Assembly: GCA_017499595.2 (NCBI GenBank) | Contig: CM039000.1 | Location: 1,984,001-2,048,000 of the forward strand | From: Psilocybe cubensis | Lineage: Eukaryota | Direction of reading: 5' to 3' | DNA: 64,000 nucleotides | In this document: positions 1 to 13,001 of the stretch, in pieces | Position numbering within the stretch: the stretch's first letter is position 1 | How the letters are laid out: every line of letters begins with the position of its first letter | Translations under genes and position numbers: made by a program | The notes under the pieces: model-generated | The model's input: the letters and a program-made list of their open reading frames with translations, nothing else | What the model was told of the DNA's origin: nothing | The model's database searches: none

Positions 1-333
1 ATTTGAACAATCTTTTTTTTATTTGTTCAATCTCCATCAAACCGATAGCGACTGATGGTTAAGATCGTATCAAGTAGCGACCTGAAGATTTCAAGACTAT
101 TTAGCATTTACCCTCCCCGGCGGTCGAGCTTCCGTGTCTCCCCTAGAAACCAAAAAACGTATATGTTTGTATCTATGCTTTATTTCTGGTCATGCCCATA
201 GCTTTGACCCATAGCGCAAGTAAAACTTTATAAACGGATATCATTTCAAATACATAGACTAAGAGGATAATACTGTATGTGTAGCGCGGTCAAATAATCC
301 AGTATCGATAATATTAATAAGTAATCAGTACTT

Positions 334-1776
334 TCAGAGGAGGGTTTCGCCTGGGTCAATTTTTTGTGAGTATTTTAAACACAATGGAGATAGTAAGAAT
401 TCCAGACCTAGAGCAGATCGCAACAGGGAGCATCCTACTGCCACCGTCTGTTCTACGCTCGCTTGGTCGGCAAGCGACGGGTTTACTTCCTGAAAGGAAT
501 TCAGTATCATGCACCGAGTGTCTCCTTATTTAGACAATTTAACTCACCATCAAATCAAGGCCGACAAGCAACCCGGTCTCGTAAATAGCCTCACATATGT
601 AGTGTCCTTCACGAAAAGTTAATCCTCCTCGAACCTAGAGCAACACGTAAGCGTAAGGAGCGCAACAAGCCTGTTCTGCGCTTACTGGGGTGCCAGTGGA
701 TGGAGCAACACTAGGATCCAAAGCATCCACATCAAAGCTCAAGTGAATAGGCTTGTCTCTTCCCGGGTTGACATGATCCAAAGCCATTTCAACAACCTTC
801 CCGATGCCATACTTATCAACTTCGTGCATACTAAAAGCCTTGATGTTGTTATCTCGTAGTATCTTCTTTTCACCAGCATCAACATCTCGTAGACCAATGT
901 AAACAAGTCGGTTGGCTTTCAAGATAGGTTTGACCCATGAAAACTCTTCCACTTTGGACCCAATTCCAAGAAGGAACGAAACGGGCATGCCATGTATATT
1001 TCCTGGTGCGGGTATCAGCTTGGCGACTTCAAACATCAAAATGAAAAGCACCAGATTCTGTAGAATCGACGGTATTTATATCCGCGTGGGCGTCGATCCA
1101 TACAACACATGCGTCGGGGTATTTTCTGGTGGTATGTGATGTCGCGATTGAGTCTCGTTTTCAGCGCTAATGGCATACAACTCACGAGAGTGTCCCTGAG
1201 ATTGTTCCCATCGCCTAAGGTATGTATCAGATTGCAGCCCTGTCATTTTGCTTCAAAGATTCGACTTGCCAATGAATGGTCCCCACCAAGAGTTACAGGC
1301 AGCTGCCCCTTGGCGGCATGCTCACCGACTACCTGGGCAACGGATTGGGTGACCCGAGACACGAGCCTCGGATTCTTGAGAATACCAATGGGTGGATCGT
1401 GGAGGGCATTGATTTCTTCGAACTGGTGGTGACCGTCGAAAACTACTTTCCACCCTAGGTTTTCCAATTGACCGATGAGGCCAGCTTCAACGAGATGGAT
1501 GGGTCCCTGATCTACTCCTGCCTTTGGCTTGAAATCGGGACTATTAATATTAAGATATATGTAAGTCGATTCATACACTCACCTGGCCGCCGCTTCAGAC
1601 CGTAAGTGGTCAGGTGTTATGTTGTAGGGTATACGGAGGTTGAGAAAACGCTATCGCATACCTGAAAGGACAACCGACGATCTAGCCCCTCGTTAGTGAT
1701 GCCTAATACGCGTCCGCGATAACAAACATACTGCTAGGGTTTTTGGTTCGGGGATGAAGCGCGATTGAGATGCCAT
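334..1776 (-). CDS. CAR1: Arginase (multi-exon)
   Basis: Spliced product starts [31 protein letters not shown]. Ureohydrolase metal-binding motifs GGDHSL, DAHADIN, GNIHGMP and [17 protein letters not shown] are present; ends GETLL* (TGA 334-336). Includes a GC-AG intron (1215-1269) and a 10-nt exon (1583-1592). Confidence 0.95.
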
Positions 1777-2593
1777 GTCAGATAGATTGAGAAAGGGAGC
1801 AAGAGCAAACCAAGCCGTGCGTTATATAGCAAAAGACAAGATCCGGGAGAATGTATGGTAAGCGCGCAGGTTGAGGTTGAAATTCGGAATTGACTACATT
1901 GCTGACGGTGCATTGTGGTGCAGTGCTCGGCGAACCCAAAGATCGGTATAAGTAAGTGTATCTGATAAGCAGCCACGTAGCATCATCCTGTACATATCAT
2001 CTATGCGAATTGGCGTGGTTCATTGGTATTACATATTCCAGCTTGTCATCTTCAGCGTCAATGTAAGAACCTTTCTCGAGCCTCGCCGGGAGTCGCACTG
2101 AACTTAGCACACTGGTAGTGGCACACAGCGTCTCATATTAAAGGTACTAGTTGGTACTATTTTACCATCACCCCCATCACCCATGTGCTGTTCGGCTCCG
2201 TTGTTGCTGTCTCTTTCAGGCATGGCCGGTCTGCCCTTCTGTTCTCCAATAATCCAAATGTAGACTATGATGAGCTCAGAGCGCTCACATTCACGGCAGA
2301 AATGTATTGGAGCGTGCCAAATATACTCTCGTTTTCTAAAAATAGTCAACTCCTCCCCCTTGCTGCCTGACATTGCCTGCGGCTTTGCTACAACTAATCT
2401 CAACCTGTTTCTCGATTATCACAATCCATATCACAATCGATTGGCTTCCGTCTTCTTTAATCACCCTTATCGTTGATTTAGAGTCATGGCACAAACACAC
2501 ACGCCTGCTGCATCCGGCACGACCACCCCTTCGTTTCAAGATATAGTGCGTTGCAGATCCCCAGGCCTTCTATTATTTCTTTTTCCCTTCTAA

Positions 2594-5027
2594 ATGCACT
2601 TTCATCTTCCCCGCGTTCAATCCTTCACTCACATTGTGGACCAGGTTCGCGATGCCATGAAACATTATAAACACGAAAGGGAGTCAGAAGCCCATCAAGT
2701 ATGTGCTACCAAACCTACAGCGCTCAGCCACTGAAGTTTATTCTCAGATTTTCCGCAATGCCGGAGGGCACAAGCCAAAGGGGATGCCCCAGCTTGTTGA
2801 CCCCGTAAGCGATCTTTGAAGGCATCCTCCTAAGGCTCTGAGACTTTCAATTCTACAGGATGAAGAGACCGTTCCGGGCATTGAACACCCTGGTAGCACT
2901 GGGGTGATTTATTGCTCCGATAGGGCTATGGCCAACGGATTTAGCTACACCAGCTCTCACGAATGGGCAAATTTGGGACAGGGTGCCCCGGAGGTAGGCC
3001 CAATCCCCGATGCTCCAGAGAGGCCAAACTCCATTCCACTTCCTGTTGACTGCCTCGAATATGCACCGACTACGGGCGTTAAAGGTAGTGCAATATTATC
3101 AGAAATGTTTTCGGTACTGACAATGTCTCAAGCTCTTCGTGAAGCCGTTGCCAATCTGTACAATCACACATATCGTCAAGATAAAGTAAGCCAATATACA
3201 TTTGAAAATGTATGCATTGTGCCTGGTGGACGCTCTGGCCTATCCAGACTTGCAGCTGTCATTGGCGACGTCTACACTGTAAGTTTCAATATGTGGTTTC
3301 TTCGAAACTATTAATCCTGAATATTTTACCAGAGCTATCAAGTTCCTGACTACACCGCTTACGACCAAGTGCTAAGCTCTTTTAAAAGGCTAGTACCCAT
3401 ACCCACGACGTGCGTAGCATATATGGTACTATAGTATTATTCCAGCGTTTCATGACAGTTCCACAGCCTTAATTCCAAAGTAACTTTTGTTTATTTCAAT
3501 ATCTAACGACACATGGTACTGACCATTACAGGACAAATACCGCCTTGATATAGAGCAAACAAAGGTTCATACTTCGTAATATCTTTCGATCTCTAAGCGT
3601 TGTTGATTTTTATCCAATATCTCCTCTGTTTCCAGAGGGACATTCGTACACAAGGACTGGCCGTTGTCCTTGCATCTAACCCCCGTAATCCTACCGGACA
3701 GGTTGGAGTTTATTTCTATATTTCTTGAATGCTTAAGTCTTACAACAGTTGACATTTTCAGGTCATCAAGTCAGTCCTCGTTTCAATGTAATTCCATTTC
3801 TAAAGTTCATTCAAATCGTTATCAAGGGGAAATGATCTCAAGGAACTGGTTTCTTTGAGCAAAGAAGGGACTACGATTATCTTGGACGAGGTTATTGGAT
3901 TCTTGAACCATAGCGTTGAAATGATCTAATATTCTCTAGTTTTATTCATGGTATATATACCCCGAAAGCCATAGCGATTATGGCAAATCCATCTCGTCCG
4001 CCAAATACATCGATGATGTCAACGAAGTAGGTACACTTGTTGATTTGCATTGTTAGTACTTACTACTTGGCATATTGATGTTGTGTTATAATAGGACTCT
4101 GTCGTAATCATCGATGGTCTTACAAAGGTACGTTTAATCTAAATCTCTCAGTTAGTCATTCTGAGCCATTTGTTTAGAATTGGCGCCTTCCGGGCTGGCG
4201 CGTCTGTTGGGTCATAGGACCTAAAAATCTAATCACTGCACTCTCCCAGTCGGGTTCGTTCTTGGATGGGGGTGCAAATCATCCGTATGCCGGCAAATTT
4301 CGATTGCTTGCCATGGATCACTGATGCATTTTTACAGATTGCAATTGGCCGCAATACCTCTGCTGGACCCTTTGCACGTTCAACAAGAGAAGGTACTTTA
4401 CGGCTGTTCTTTAGGGAAATTTGTGATGACTAACTTATTATCACCCGTAGATTGCCCTTCAGAAGCACTTCAAGTCTAAACGAGATCATGTTTTACAACG
4501 TCTTAAGGAACTTCATCTCGAGGTCGACATACCCCCAACGAGCACCTTTTATATCTGGCTCAATCTCGAAAAGCTGCCCCCTCCACTTAACAATGGATTG
4601 GTGCGTTTAAACAAATTCGGCAACAGATCATCAGTTATGCTAATACTTTATAGACATTCTTCGAAGAACTGCTAAAGGAGCAAACGATTGTCATCCCTGG
4701 TATCTTCTTTGACATAAATCCTGCACATCGTAGAAACCTATTCAATTCTCCTTGTCATCATTATGTCCGACTTTCCTTTGGTCCTCCTCTCAGAGACCTT
4801 GACAAAGGTTTGCGCGACACCATTGCCACCCTGTGACTTGATATTTATTTACCCTTTCTAGGGCTCGATGCCATTGGTCGCGTACTCAAGAAGGCGAAAA
4901 AGAGCGGCATGGGCGACTTCGGACAGGGGTAAGTTTGGCGTAACCTTCGATTCAACTATTTATTTCCTACTCCATGAACAGGTATAAGACCGCCATTGAG
5001 ATGCCCAAAGAGCCAGCACAGGTTTGA
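2594..5027 (+). CDS. PLP-dependent aminotransferase class I/II (many exons)
   Basis: Motifs WANLGQGAPE, YAPTTG, SNPRNPTGQVI, ILDEFYSWY and the PLP-lysine motif DGLTKNWRLPGWRVCW; YVRLSFG near the C-terminus. Last exon GYKTAIEMPKEPAQV*. Confidence 0.88.
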
Positions 5028-5146
5028 TCCCAAACCAAGGAAACAGGATCAACATCAGTTTTTCAGAGGCGTCAATGCTTTTGATTTGAATGTGCATTTT
5101 TTTGGATATATATATAAATTTCGGGAAATTATGCCTCCTTATAAGT

Positions 5147-7850
5147 TCATAACTCAGGGTTGTAAGGAGCGAAGGCAGATTTAAATTCCTGGGCGTCTGC
5201 TCTGTCTTGCTCCTCAGACAACATGCATGCCTTCCAATCCATTCGGTCAGGTGTGCCCAGTAAGGATACCAATGCCTGTCTGAAAATACCACATCAAGGT
5301 GTAAGCCAAAGGGCAAGAAAAGAAAAGAAAAGAAAAGAATTTGTTGCGAACCTTCCAAATTGGATACTAAAAGGCACTCGATCTTTTATGAGGTGCACCA
5401 TCTTACGCCCATCAGGTAAGTCAACTTTGAAATAGCTCCCTCTACCATTCGCACAGGATGCAAGGGCAGCGTCGGCGTCGTCTTCGAAATCGATGCCCAA
5501 CGGACGGCCTTCCTTGATAAATGTTTCTTCGATCTTGTCTTTCAGACGTACCGGTACGGGGACTGCTTGGACATGTGCATGCCCGCCCTTGGCCGATAGA
5601 CGCCCAACTTCGAAAATGACAGGAACGGTGCCATATTTGGCATACATGGCCGTCAATGCAGCTTTAAACCTGAAATTTGCCTGGTGAGTATAAGCAAAGA
5701 AGGGACAAGGCCGCTAAGTCATTCACTTTTCAGTTTCGTCCAGAATTGGTGGGGCGAGATCGGGCGGTATAGTTGAGTATGTTGGGTAATGTGTAATGGG
5801 CACAATTAGTACATGTCCGCCACCAGGAACGTCAACGTGGTCCGCCGCGGATTGTGTTGGAATAATCTGGCCTTTCGGTAGCGTGACGTAGCATTCAGAG
5901 CCAATGGCGACTATAAGATGTTTGCTAGAAGGGGCGTGAGATAAAGCTAGCCATTATAAGAACCCAAAGAAAGCTCACGCAAGATTGGGGTTGGACAAGC
6001 AAAACCAGCATTCATCGGCTAGCGGAAATATACATCATCAATATCAGTATAGAGATCCAATACACAAACATGCATACTAGAAATTTCCTTGGGTGGCCCT
6101 CGCTTTCCACCTCGTCGTTCGCCCTGAGGAGGTCGTTGGTTCGCAACCAGGCAATCGTCCAAATAGTGGCCCTCGCTCCCGCATGCACGGCATACGTAGC
6201 CTGGTTTTGGCTTTTTACCACCAGTGTCGCCTCTCGCATCCCGAGTCGGACAATCGCGAACAAAGTGACCCACCTGCTCACAGATAAGCAAATGGATTTT
6301 ACATTCGTAAAGAGAGTGCAAGGGAGTATACTTCATTGCAGATTTTGCATATGTAATCGTCCGGTGGCTTAGTACGTTCTGGGCAGTCATTGATAAAGTG
6401 CTAGTAAACAAGTCAGCAAATATGCGCACAAAGCAGGAGGGGTCTTGCCTCCGTAGATTCGCATCGCCTGCACTTGTACCCTGGAGGAGGTTTTCCTGGT
6501 TCACCTTGCTGTACTACAAGCATGAAATGAGTAAAACTTAAATACCCCATGGGACCTAGAAATCGAACCAGTACGACTTCGTTTTGCAGGCTGTTGTACA
6601 TTGTTTCCGAATATAAAATTCTCCCCACTTCCACCATCTTCTAGGGGACGTTTAAACGGACGCGGAGCGGACTCGAGGAAAGGATTTTTCGTGAGATTTG
6701 TATGAAGGGCAGCTGGAGTAGTGGCCGCCACGATGGGACTGATGTTGAATGCGTAAAACCACTGAATGAGCCGCAGAGGTTAATCCAAGTAACAAAGCCA
6801 AAGAAATGACCAAGCCTTACTCTCTGTTTCTTTCCTTCCACCGGGACCCCACCGAAAGCACCTAGGCTCACAAACCTAGACACCCGCCCTTCTTCGTCTT
6901 CCCAAGCGTAGGGTTCTCTCTCCCAAAATCTCGAGGGACCAGCTGCAAAGTGATATCTGGGTTTTATTTTCCGAATAACTTCGTTTAATGGTGGGGCACC
7001 GATTGAGCGGAGCTGGGGATCAGGAAGTGGAACAGATGACAAGTTGGAGATGGAGATCGGCCAAACGTTTGTTAGAAGGATATCCACGAGTTGCGAAGAG
7101 GATGCAGATGCCTGTATCGAGGCAAGGGAGCTGTAGCTTTTCTGACTGGAATTCGAGCTTTTAACAAGAGTGTTGGATAGCAGCCGGTCAATTGTGTGAT
7201 ATGAGAAAAATGGAGACATAAATCCCTGTACGGTTTACAAGTGAGAAACCCATTGTATAATGCATGCTTCAAGAAACATACGGGCGCAGCTTCGGCAGAG
7301 CCAAATATTGCAGGATCATAAGTCCCTCCTAAGCAGGCGATTCGCAGCCCATTTGCAGTCGTAATTATACCCGACTTGCCTGTCCTGACGTGCTCAATAG
7401 ATACGAAAAACGGGAACGAAGAGAACATACTCATTAGAAAGACATTTTTGCACAACTCTCCTCCTGTCTTGGCAAACTTTTCAACGACTTTTGCTGGTAG
7501 AGGTTGATCCCCTTGCATCACGTAGCATTCCAAGGGAGCTGCCATATAACAGCGTAAATATATAATCAAGATCTAGCATAAAAACGTACCCTCAAGACTT
7601 CCGCTTAGTAGAAGGGAAATGTCGTCCTCCTCTTTGGTTTCGTCTCCAGCATCTTTCAGAGGGCCAAAGAAATCCCCTGTACAAAGTACAAGATCAAATT
7701 TGCCATATTTTGCATCTATGGCCTTGATTTTGGAAAACAAATCACGTATTGAACCTGCCGCTGACCCTACCGTCAATCTACGAAGAGAATATGAGATAGA
7801 TAATATATCACTTTGATATAAGCTTACATTTTGGTAGCAGCAGTAGTCAT
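5147..7850 (-). CDS. CWF19-like 1 / Drn1-type lariat-debranching cofactor with three CCHC zinc knuckles
   Basis: N-terminal inactive metallophosphoesterase-like region (KYGKFDLVLCTGDFF, DILLTNVWP, KPRYHF) and C-terminal CwfJ region (CWFCLSNP, GHVLIVPITHY, HAHVQAVPVP, QFGR). Confidence 0.88.
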
Positions 7851-9032
7851 TGCTTCAAACAGAAGCGTGCGAGTCTACGTCGCGTTAACTCGTCGCGTTG
7901 CGATGTCTTCAATAACGCGCTCGCAACTGACACTGCGTCATCATGTTTTTGTTTGGTAACGACGAGTGTACAAACACTAGTTACAACGGTTTACCTAGGT
8001 CACGTGATTGTGGATAACAAATATACTACAGGCCAAGGTCTGGTGTCTTGCACAAGGTTATTTGGTTCGGGCCTGTTTTATTGCTAAAAACACTATGCGT
8101 TGCTTAAATATCTTAGCTGAGTATACCGTTGAGTTGTCGATAAATACCATCGGTCTCTGAATGAATGACGTTCCAGGGCCCCCGACCCTATTGTCTGAGT
8201 TTCTCCGAGCGACTTTAAGCAAGCGATTGTCATTATTGGCGTCCTGTCATGCAGTTTTCCCGATGCTAAAATCCACCTCTGATCATCGACCGGTCAGCCT
8301 TATTCCCAATGCCCATTTGCTGTCAATAACATCCGCATCCTCTTGGTAGCCTTGTCGCTTTTACCAAGAAGTACTAAAATTGCAGATTGGATACACCTGT
8401 GTACATGTGCACAGCTGAATCCTTGTTGAGAATGGGGGTTGCCCAAGGCCTCTGCTGACCGCTAAATACACGCGACTTCAAAGTCTGGATCATTTGTTGG
8501 GAGACATGCATCGGCAAAGGCGGCATCGTTCCTGCTTGTGAATTCAAGTGACTGTGAACAAACCATATCTAGCACAACGACTGTGGGTCGAGCAGAAAGC
8601 GGCAGCAGAACATGGAGATGGAAGAAATCTACGGACAAGTATGCTGCCCACGGCTGCTTGGCAAAACAGAGCAGCCGCCTAAAATGATGCGTATGGTGAG
8701 TGGCCTAGGTACCGCCGCGGGTATGGAGGAAATTGTACAGACCATCAGAAATGAGCGGTATCGTTCTGACAAAAGTGAGTGCGACTTGGAAAAGAGAACA
8801 GCGATTCTGATGAAAAGCAATATCCGGCAGGGCCATCAGCGGACATAGGCAGATGTCCAAAAAAGGAACAAAGTCTAAGCCAAATTTGGATGGACAATTC
8901 CCCGAATAGGACGCCGCTTTCCCTGTCATTGTCCTCAACATGTTTTATTCCTCAATGCTCTCACTCCTCTCTTGTTCTATAAAACACCGTTGACTCGCGA
9001 CACACTTTCTTTGGCAACTCGCTCTCTTCATC

Positions 9033-10971
9033 ATGCGCTCCTTTGCTTTCCTTGCCCTCTTCGCCATCTCCTCTTCCGTTGCTGCAGTGCCCCTTCAGCC
9101 TCTCATTGTTCCCCCGTTTGACCCCAGTAAAATTCTCTGCCAACTTCCTATCCTCAAGAAGTATTTATGTCCGTTGGCAGGCACAGCTGCTCTCAATAGG
9201 GCCACTCCACTAGGGACTGCCAGAGGGGTCGCTGATGTCGATGGTGCTTATAGGTTCCCCGTCAGATATGCTTCAGCGCCTAGATGGGGCCCTTCCACCC
9301 TCGTCTCTTCTTGGGACCTTCCGTACGGTTGTAACTTCTCATAAGCAAGCAGTTTTTGATTGGCTTTTTTAATCTAGAAACGGCTTCACCACCCCTTCCA
9401 GTTTGCCACTTGCTTGCCCCCAAGATGGTGTCGATGAATCAGCGTTCTCCGAAGATTGCTTGTCTATGGTTCTATACGTACCACCATCTTTGACTCTAAC
9501 CAGCAATGCGCCAATTCTTGTCTGGTTTGTTATATGTTCTTCTTGGTGATATTACAGCTCCGTTTTGTTTAGCGGATTTTTCATGTAGGATTCACGGTGG
9601 CTCATTTGTCGTCGGCTCTGCGACCGGTCCCGGTTTGGATGGATCGAAGCTTGCAATTGCCACAGACTCTATCGTCATCGCTGTGCAATACCGTCTGGGT
9701 GTTGTATGTACATTTGATTCTGCTTTCTACTTCATCTCACAGTTCTTTTAGTTGGGCTTTATGGCACCCAATGGCGCGACAAACCTTGCGGTCAAAGATG
9801 TTATCACTGCTCTTCAGTTTATCAAGAAAATTGCCCCGTCATTTGGAGGGAGCAGTTCAAAGATAACGCTGGCCGGGCAAAGTAGTGGCGCCACAATGAT
9901 TAGAGCCCTCCTCGCCACCCCTGCAGCATCCTCTCTGTTCAAATCGGCAATCATACAGTCTGACCCTATGGTACTACATTCTTACCATATTTTATGCAAA
10001 ATGGCTGACAGCCTTTTAGAACTTTGGCTTTTTGAGCTCTCAAACTCAGGCAACCCTTCAAAATTTCTTCAATGAACAAACTGGCTGTGCTTCAACGGAT
10101 TCCAATTGCCTGAATGCCATGTCTCTGGACGATGTTTTAGACAGCCAGGACGCTCTCCTCAATAATGCTTTCGGTCTGGACCCGTCTACTGGTCGCAATG
10201 TTCCTATTAGGCCAGTTCTGGATGGTTCCGTCATCAACACTCCTCTAGACTCTACGAAGCCATTTCCCACGGTCTCTAAACCTGTATTGTTAACTACCGT
10301 AACTCAAGAGGCTGCATTTGCTATCTATAGTGCTTTCACAACCCCTCTTCCGGAACAAGCGCTCATTCCCGTTTGCGATGACACCTTTGGCGAGGAACGC
10401 ACTGACGTCGTTGTCTCCTCTCCTCACTACGCTGTGCCGCCTGGCGTAAATGGCACTTTTGACGCCCGTGTTCAGCTTCAGACAATCGGGACAGATTACC
10501 TATGGAAGTGCTCAGGTTGGACCTTCGCCAGGAATTGGGTTCAACACGGTGGCACTGCTTACGTTGGACAATTTGTTGTTGGCGCCTCTTATCCAGGCAA
10601 CGAAGCTGTCCCATATTGCTTGACACCCGGCGTCGTGTGCCATCAAGACGATATACAGATAGTTGTCAGTTTTATTTTCCATTTCTCATTACCGCTATTC
10701 TGTTTCTTACCTCTGTCTTCTTTAGTTTGGCACTGTGCCCAATCCCACCAGTGCGCAGTCTGCTCTCATTACAGAGATCCAGAAGCGATACAAAGCATTC
10801 TTGAACAACGGTAACCCCAATGCCGCCGGGGTTGCCACCTGGTCTAAAGCCACTAACTCCGATGTGAAGGCCATGGTTCTAGGAGGGACGGGCCAGGTCG
10901 CCGTCGGTGCATGCAGCCCAAACTTCTGGGGTGATGCCGTTCAATACGACTACCAATTTTATAATGCGTAG
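9033..10971 (+). CDS. Secreted type-B carboxylesterase/lipase (alpha/beta hydrolase)
   Basis: Signal peptide MRSFAFLALFAISSSVAA; SEDCL, WIHGGSF oxyanion loop, QYRLG, nucleophile elbow GQSSGA and candidate His motif CHQDDI. Confidence 0.9.
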
Positions 10972-11696
10972 ATATGCAAGGTTTGCCGCCTCTCGACTGT
11001 CTTCATTGTAGACCATCTCCCCTTTCTATGCTCTCTGTACAGAGTGACATCTGTTTTACTCGTCAACTATCTTCTTTATTCCTTTCCTTATACACTAATT
11101 CTTAATACTCATCCTGTAGCCTTACCCGTCATCTCCTTGCGGAGTTCTGTGTAACTTCCGCCGCTGTATCCATAAGTTCTAGTTACCCGTCGTTTAAAAT
11201 TTTGTATCCACAATTAATGTTCAATTACAATTGATCATCTCAGAGTAAAGACATCCTTCTCAGATTATATCCAGAATGATTGAAACTACTTCAATTCATT
11301 TCACCCATTTGTCGCTCGCAGGTATTCTATCTTTCGCTTCGACGCACATGTGCGATACTCACGAAAAATAATAACAGGTGATTAGATATGGCAAGGTTGT
11401 CGTATACAAATCATTCAAAAATCACGAAACATTGAGTGTCAGATTTGGCAAAAGGACACAAGATGATGTTGTCAAAATAGATTACTACTACTACATACTC
11501 ATTGACATTGTCAGAGAGTTGCACATATGCCAACATATTTTCCCCGAACGGTTTTGACAGGGTCAAATGTTCCCTTTGACAGAATTGATACTGTCGAAGT
11601 AAACAGAAAATTGAATAATTGAATATGATTCAGATATTGATAGGATACTGACAAATACTCAGTAAACATTTGAAACTTATGTAGGGCCTGTTGCCT

Positions 11697-13001
11697 CTAG
11701 AGTTTCGCGTCCAAGTGCCCAAATGCCTTAGCTTCGATCTCCGAGAAAATATCAAAATTACGTATCAATGAGATCTCAGTGGCCGACTGAGCAGAGTCAA
11801 ATGAGCAACATCCCTTATCATATCAAAATTGTGCTAGTCAAAATACACTCACTCCGATGTTAAGCTTTACAAGTGCCCGATGCAGGCGGCCTTTGGAACC
11901 ACCTCTTGTCTCGTCGCCCTCATATGTTAGAATCGATCTACCGCTGGAATCTTCGCCAAATTTGAGAGGGTTAATAAGCATACGTCCGAACAGGCCTTCG
12001 GATAATTCTTTAACTTTCGCTCGCTGTTCAGCGTTGTTAATGGGGCCCTCCAAGATATCCGCCAAAGTCGACAGAATATAGTACTGAGGGGGCATGACAC
12101 TTATTTTGCCTTCGCGGCATTCATCCAATGCTTGCTTGGGATGTAAGAAACGCGCTTCAATGACTTCCTGGCCACCATCTGGGTCGCAAATATAACTGTC
12201 AGGGATTCCGGATACTCCAAATATCGCAACAGTAAAACCAAGGCACTGTAAGGAGTAGGCTTACCATGCTTTGGTATCCTTTCCTGTTTGGCTCCCCGTG
12301 AGAAGCCCGATGAGGGCGCCTTTGGCAAAAATGCGACAAAGAATTGGGTATGAAAACGTCTAAGTTGTGGCGATACGTTCACCCATAGTAGTCGGGGAAA
12401 GTAACGGACAGAACTTACTTTGGAGGTCCGACTGGGGTTATCCATTGGGTAAACGGCAACAGTGAACCTACATCGGCTTTGAGGCTCTGAGAAGAGAGAA
12501 ACTGCTGAAATTGCAGTGTCTGCTTGTGTATAGCATGGCGTGCCTCATCTAATAACGAATCACTCGGCAGTTCACCTGAAGCCAACAGTAAACCCGATTC
12601 TTCAAATGTTTCGCGTATAGCTGTCATTGCCAGGGAATCATCTTGATTCTTATCCAAATTTCCACCAGGAAACACCTATGACAAGAACATGTTTGTACCA
12701 TTACAGATTGAAGCGCATGAACCAAATGGACGACAAAAGGGCTTACATGCATCCCTCCAAAGGAACTTGCTTTGGGATTTCTGTGGACCATCAAGACTTC
12801 GTTTCGTTCGTTTACTACAACCAAACTGGCTGAGGGACGGGGTATCGCGGCTTGTCTTGAGGGCACCATTCCTGAGGGTTTGCTTACGGTCGATATGGCG
12901 GCGTAAACGTAATGACTAGGGTTATAAGTTTGTGAAAGAACGCCCCTAAGCAAAGCCCTAGGAGATACAGTTGTTGGAACGCGGGTGCGGATATGGTGCA
13001 T
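11697..13001 (-). CDS. Nudix hydrolase, NUDT19-like (acyl-CoA diphosphatase family), C-terminal PTS1
   Basis: PRPSASLVV, VFPGGNLD, split Nudix box AIRETFEESG, WITP, RFHTQFF, MPPQYYIL; last exon ends HLDAKL*. Confidence 0.85.

Noticed and set aside
1-330. Exon/intron-like signals on the minus strand downstream of arginase
   Set aside because: No convincing reading frame within the window edge.
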